Shown: piece after piece, positions 28,405-32,000 of the stretch
Layout: each line of letters opens with the position of its first letter
Position numbering within the stretch: the first letter of the stretch is position 1
Assembly: GCF_049243625.1 (NCBI RefSeq)
Contig: NZ_CP046975.1
Length of the DNA stretch: 32,000 nucleotides
Direction: 5' to 3' (one strand)
Source of the DNA: Corynebacterium amycolatum
Lineage (GTDB): Bacteria > Actinomycetota > Actinomycetes > Mycobacteriales > Mycobacteriaceae
Translations under genes and position numbers: made by a program
Notes under the pieces: generated by a model
The model's database searches: none
What the model was told of the DNA's origin: nothing
The model's input: the letters and a program-made list of their open reading frames with translations, nothing else

Positions 28405-28550
28405 CGCTGCAGTAGAGTGATGGAGAAATCCACTGCCATGCCACTGACGAGAAGCTCGGTGAAAATCCGCACGGTCGCGCCACTGTCACAGTCAGACCTC
28501 GTCATCGGTTAGAAGGCAGACTCCCGCCGACCGGGGACGCGTTGCTCCCC
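28405..28550 (+). promoter_or_regulatory. Probable cobalamin (B12) riboswitch in the cobN leader
   Basis: GGTGAAAATCCGCACGGTCGCGCCACTGT (28458-28486) closely matches the conserved core GGTGxAAxTCC...ACGGxCCCGCCACTGT. It is preceded by GAGAAGCTC, a GGGAA-like element. It is followed by B12-box-like AGTCAGACCTCGTC (28490-28503) and GAAGGCAGACTCCCGCC (28512-28528). A GGGGA/TCCCC hairpin abuts the AGGAAG RBS of cobN. Confidence 0.7.
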
Positions 28551-28555
28551 AGGAA

Positions 28556-31500
28556 GTGAATGACTACACCGTGATTCTGCTGCTGTCGACCTCGGATACC
28601 GACCTTCTGTCCGCCCGCGCGGCCGCTCAGGCCAACCCGGAGGTGTCCTACCGTTGGGCAAACCCGGCGCGTCTGCTCGACGATGATTTGCCCACGCTTG
28701 CCGACGGCGCCGATGTCGTCATCATCCGACTTCTCGGTGGCCGCCGCGCCTGGGAATCCGGCATCGACTACTTTGTGAACTCCGGTATTCCCACCGTCCT
28801 CGTCTCGGGTGAGCAGGCGCCCGATGCCGAACTCACCGAGTACTCGACGGTTCCCGCAAACGTCACCACGCAAACGCACATCTACCTGGCGGAAGGCGGC
28901 GCGAAAAACCTCGCACAGCTGCACAATTTCCTGTCGGACACGCTGCTTCTGACCGGTCTTGGCTTTGAAGAGCCCACTCGCATGCCGACCTGGGGTTTCC
29001 TGGAGCGCGACTCCAAGGTGGCCACGGAAGATTCGCGTGGCACCGTCGGCATTATCTATTACCGCGCCCAACACCTGGCTGGAAATACGCACTACATTGA
29101 GGCGCTCGCTGACGCAGTCGAGGCTCGCGGCTACGTCGCCAAGCCCATCTTCGCCGCGTCCCTGCGCACCGCCAGCGATGAACTGCTGGCAGAGCTGGCG
29201 TCCTGCGACGCGCTCATCACCACGGTGCTCGCCGCTGGTGGCAACCGCCCGGCACTCGCGCAGGCCGGTCAGGACGACGACGGCTGGGATGTCGCCGCAC
29301 TCGCAGACCTCAACATCCCCATCATCCAGGGGTTGGCTCTGACATCCTCCAAGGCGGCATGGGAAGACAACGACGAGGGTCTGTCACCGCTGGACGTCGC
29401 AACACAGGTCGCCGTCCCCGAATTCGACGGCCGCATCATCTCGGTCGCGTTCTCGTTTAAGGAAATCGACTCCGACGAGCTCATTTCCTACGTCCCTGAC
29501 CTTGAGCGCTGCGACCGCCTCGCCGGCATCGCTACCCGCTACGCCGCACTTCGCCACATCGACAACGCTGACAAGCGCATCGCCGTCATGCTCTCTGCGT
29601 ACCCGACCAAGCACGCCCGCATCGGTAACGCCGTCGGCCTGGACACACCAGCATCCACGTTAGAGGTGCTGCACGCGCTTGCCGACGCCGGATACAACCT
29701 CGGCGACACCACCAAAATCCCCGGATACGCCACCGCCGAGGACGGCGCCGATGAACCAGATGCGTTCATGCACGCCATCATCGATGCCGGCGGCCAGGAC
29801 CCGGATTGGCTGACCGAGGAAGTTATGGAGGCAGCCGAGCTCTGCCTGCCCGCTGCGACCTACGAGAAGTTCTTCGCTACCTTGCCGGAGGAACTCCGCT
29901 CCGACATGCAGGACAAGTGGGGTGCCGCGCCGGGCACTCTGTACGTCCACCCGGATACCCAGGACATCTATATTGCGGGCCTGACCTTCGGCAATGTCGT
30001 GGTCATGGTGCAGCCACCGCGCGGTTTCGGTGACAACCCGGTGGGTATCTACCACGATCCAGACCTACCGCCGACGCATCACTACCTGGCTTGCTACCGC
30101 TTCCTGTCGCTGCCGCAGTCGGAGGGCGGTTTCGGCGCCGATGCCGTGGTTCACATGGGCAAGCACGGCAACCTGGAGTGGCTGCCGGGCAAGACCGTCG
30201 GTCTTTCCGCCTCCTGTGGCCCGGATGCTGCCATCGGTGAGCTGCCGATGATTTACCCCTTCCTGGTCAACGACCCGGGCGAGGGCACACAGGCCAAGCG
30301 TCGTGCTCACGCCACGCTTGTCGACCACCTCATTCCGCCGATGGCCCGCGCCGAATCTTACGGCGACATCACCCGTCTGGAGCAGCTTCTCGACGAGCAC
30401 CAGAACATCTCCGCCATGGACCCAGCCAAGCTGCCGGCTATCCGCCAGGAGATTTGGACGCTGCTGACCGCCGCGAAGATGGACCGCGACCTCGGTTGGG
30501 ACGAGCGTCCGGACGAGGAGGTCTTCGATGACATGCTCATGCATGTCGACGGCTGGCTCTGCGAGATTAAGGACGTCGCCATCCGCGGTGGCCTCCACGT
30601 ACTCAGCCAGGCACCGGAAGACGAATCCCTGATCGGCACTGTGACCACCATGCTGCGCGCCCGCCAGCTGTGGGGAGGCAAGCAGACGCTGCCGGGCCTG
30701 CGCGAAGCTCTCGGCCTGGCCGAGGACGGCACCGACGAGCGCCACACTGTGGACTCCATCGATGCACTGGCTACGGCGTTGGTAACCGCCGTGGTGAAGA
30801 ATCCTGACCAACCAGTGGCACAGATCGCGGCTGATGTTCTCGGCTCCGAGGAATTTGCCGATATCGCGGTACCGAACGGCCTCGATCAGGTTGTCGAGCT
30901 GCTGCAGTTCACCCGCGACGAAATTCTCCCGCGCCTGGCCGCTACCAGCGAGGAGATTCCGCGCATTCTTTCAGCCTTGGACGGCGAGTTCGTTCCGGCT
31001 GGCCCCTCCGGCTCGCCGTTGCGCGGTCTGGTCAACGTACTGCCGACTGCCCGCAACTTCTACTCGGTAGACCCCAAGGCGGTGCCGTCGCGCCTGGCTT
31101 GGGAAACCGGTGTCAACCTCGCCGATGGCCTGATCGAGCGCTACCGCGCCGACCACGGCGAGTATCCCAAGTCGGTTGGCCTGTCGGTGTGGGGCACTTC
31201 CGCCATGCGTACTTCTGGCGATGACATCGCCGAGGTGCTCGCGCTGATTGGTGTGCATCCGGTGTGGGATGACGCATCTCGCCGTATCGTCGGCCTTGAG
31301 CCAATTCCGCTGGAGGAACTGGGGCGTCCGCGCATTGACGTGACCGTCCGCATTTCCGGTTTCTTCCGTGATGCGTTTCCGCATGTTATTGACCTTTTGG
31401 ATGATGCGTTTCAGCTCGTCGTCAAGCTTGATGAATCCGATGAGGACAACTACGTGCGCGCACATGCGAAGGCCGACCAGCAGGAGCGTCCGCGCCGTAT

Positions 31501-32000
31501 CTTCGGTTCCAAGCCGGGCACCTATGGAGCTGGTTTGCTGCAGCTGATCGATTCCGGTTCCTGGCGCGATGACGCGGATCTGGCGAAGGTTTACACGACC
31601 TGGGGCGGCTACGCCTATGGTCGCGGCGTCGATGGGGAAGAGGCTGCTGACGATATGAAGACGGCCTACCGCCGTATTCAGGTTGCCGCGAAGAATGCCG
31701 ATACCCGTGAGCACGACATCGCCGACTCCGATGACTACTTCCAGTTCCACGGCGGTATGATCGCCACGGTCCGTGCGCTGACGGGTTCCGCTCCAGAGGC
31801 GTATGTGGGCGATTCCACGCGTCCGGACGCCGTGCGCACCCGCACCCTGCACGAGGAAACGCGACGTGTCTTCCGAGCCCGCGTAGTCAACCCACGCTGG
31901 ATGCAAGCCATGCGTAACCACGGCTACAAGGGTGCCTTCGAAATGGCGGCAACGGTCGATTACCTCTTCGGTTACGACGCGACGGCACAGGTCATGGATG
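28556..32000 (+). CDS. cobN: Cobaltochelatase subunit CobN (aerobic pathway); N-terminal ~1148 aa, with the 3' end outside the window
   Basis: It is absent from the ORF track because there is no stop before the window end. My manual translation from the GTG at 28556 gives VNDYTVILLLSTSDTDLLSARAA... and later LSAYPTKHARIGNAVGLDTP, both typical of CobN. An in-frame TGA lies at 28460, with no earlier start codon. The frame stays open to 32000. Confidence 0.92.
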   Translation, partial: MNDYTVILLLSTSDTDLLSARAAAQANPEVSYRWANPARLLDDDLPTLADGADVVIIRLLGGRRAWESGIDYFVNSGIPTVLVSGEQAPDAELTEYSTVPANVTTQTHIYLAEGGAKNLAQLHNFLSDTLLLTGLGFEEPTRMPTWGFLERDSKVATEDSRGTVGIIYYRAQHLAGNTHYIEALADAVEARGYVAKPIFAASLRTASDELLAELASCDALITTVLAAGGNRPALAQAGQDDDGWDVAALADLNIPIIQGLALTSSKAAWEDNDEGLSPLDVATQVAVPEFDGRIISVAFSFKEIDSDELISYVPDLERCDRLAGIATRYAALRHIDNADKRIAVMLSAYPTKHARIGNAVGLDTPASTLEVLHALADAGYNLGDTTKIPGYATAEDGADEPDAFMHAIIDAGGQDPDWLTEEVMEAAELCLPAATYEKFFATLPEELRSDMQDKWGAAPGTLYVHPDTQDIYIAGLTFGNVVVMVQPPRGFGDNPVGIYHDPDLPPTHHYLACYRFLSLPQSEGGFGADAVVHMGKHGNLEWLPGKTVGLSASCGPDAAIGELPMIYPFLVNDPGEGTQAKRRAHATLVDHLIPPMARAESYGDITRLEQLLDEHQNISAMDPAKLPAIRQEIWTLLTAAKMDRDLGWDERPDEEVFDDMLMHVDGWLCEIKDVAIRGGLHVLSQAPEDESLIGTVTTMLRARQLWGGKQTLPGLREALGLAEDGTDERHTVDSIDALATALVTAVVKNPDQPVAQIAADVLGSEEFADIAVPNGLDQVVELLQFTRDEILPRLAATSEEIPRILSALDGEFVPAGPSGSPLRGLVNVLPTARNFYSVDPKAVPSRLAWETGVNLADGLIERYRADHGEYPKSVGLSVWGTSAMRTSGDDIAEVLALIGVHPVWDDASRRIVGLEPIPLEELGRPRIDVTVRISGFFRDAFPHVIDLLDDAFQLVVKLDESDEDNYVRAHAKADQQERPRRIFGSKPGTYGAGLLQLIDSGSWRDDADLAKVYTTWGGYAYGRGVDGEEAADDMKTAYRRIQVAAKNADTREHDIADSDDYFQFHGGMIATVRALTGSAPEAYVGDSTRPDAVRTRTLHEETRRVFRARVVNPRWMQAMRNHGYKGAFEMAATVDYLFGYDATAQVMD

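Noticed and set aside
30065-31921. Minus-strand ORFs of 248 aa and 316 aa near the window end
   Set aside because: They are antisense to cobN. The cobN frame is open from 28556 to the window end and has clear CobN motifs. The ORF track omits cobN only because it has no stop codon in the window.

Overview
This looks like a chromosomal segment from a high-GC actinobacterium, most likely Corynebacterium. Gene order parallels the Mycobacterium tuberculosis Rv2119-Rv2062c region, from my memory of that map. Left to right:
- 3' part of a DcuA-type C4-dicarboxylate transporter.
- Cas4-like RecB-family nuclease (minus strand) and tRNA m1A58 methyltransferase TrmI.
- A compact pupylation locus, arc-dop-pup-pafA-pafB-pafC, with no prcB/prcA 20S proteasome genes.
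- tatA, tatC and the Ski2-like helicase helY.
- A lower-GC pair: a secreted SGNH esterase and an acyl-CoA ligase.
- An M24 dipeptidase.
- An aerobic-type cobalamin cluster: SDR-cobL-cobM-cobK on plus, cobG-cobH-cobIJ on minus, and cobN on plus running off the window end.

The cob cluster is interrupted twice. One interruption is a 1.2 kb AT-rich island of three small uncharacterised secreted or membrane ORFs between cobK and cobIJ. The other is a LIP-family secretory lipase between cobG and cobN.

A probable cobalamin riboswitch lies directly upstream of cobN. The ORF track omits cobN because it has no stop codon in the window.

I saw no tRNA, rRNA, CRISPR array, transposase or integrase. Most of the window is conserved housekeeping. 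The least explained part is the AT-rich island at 21942-23143, where two ORFs share a frame across a single TAG. Other points worth a second look are a 39-nt tandem repeat in tatA, a long disordered tail on TatC, and an SDR of unknown role whose stop overlaps the cobL start.
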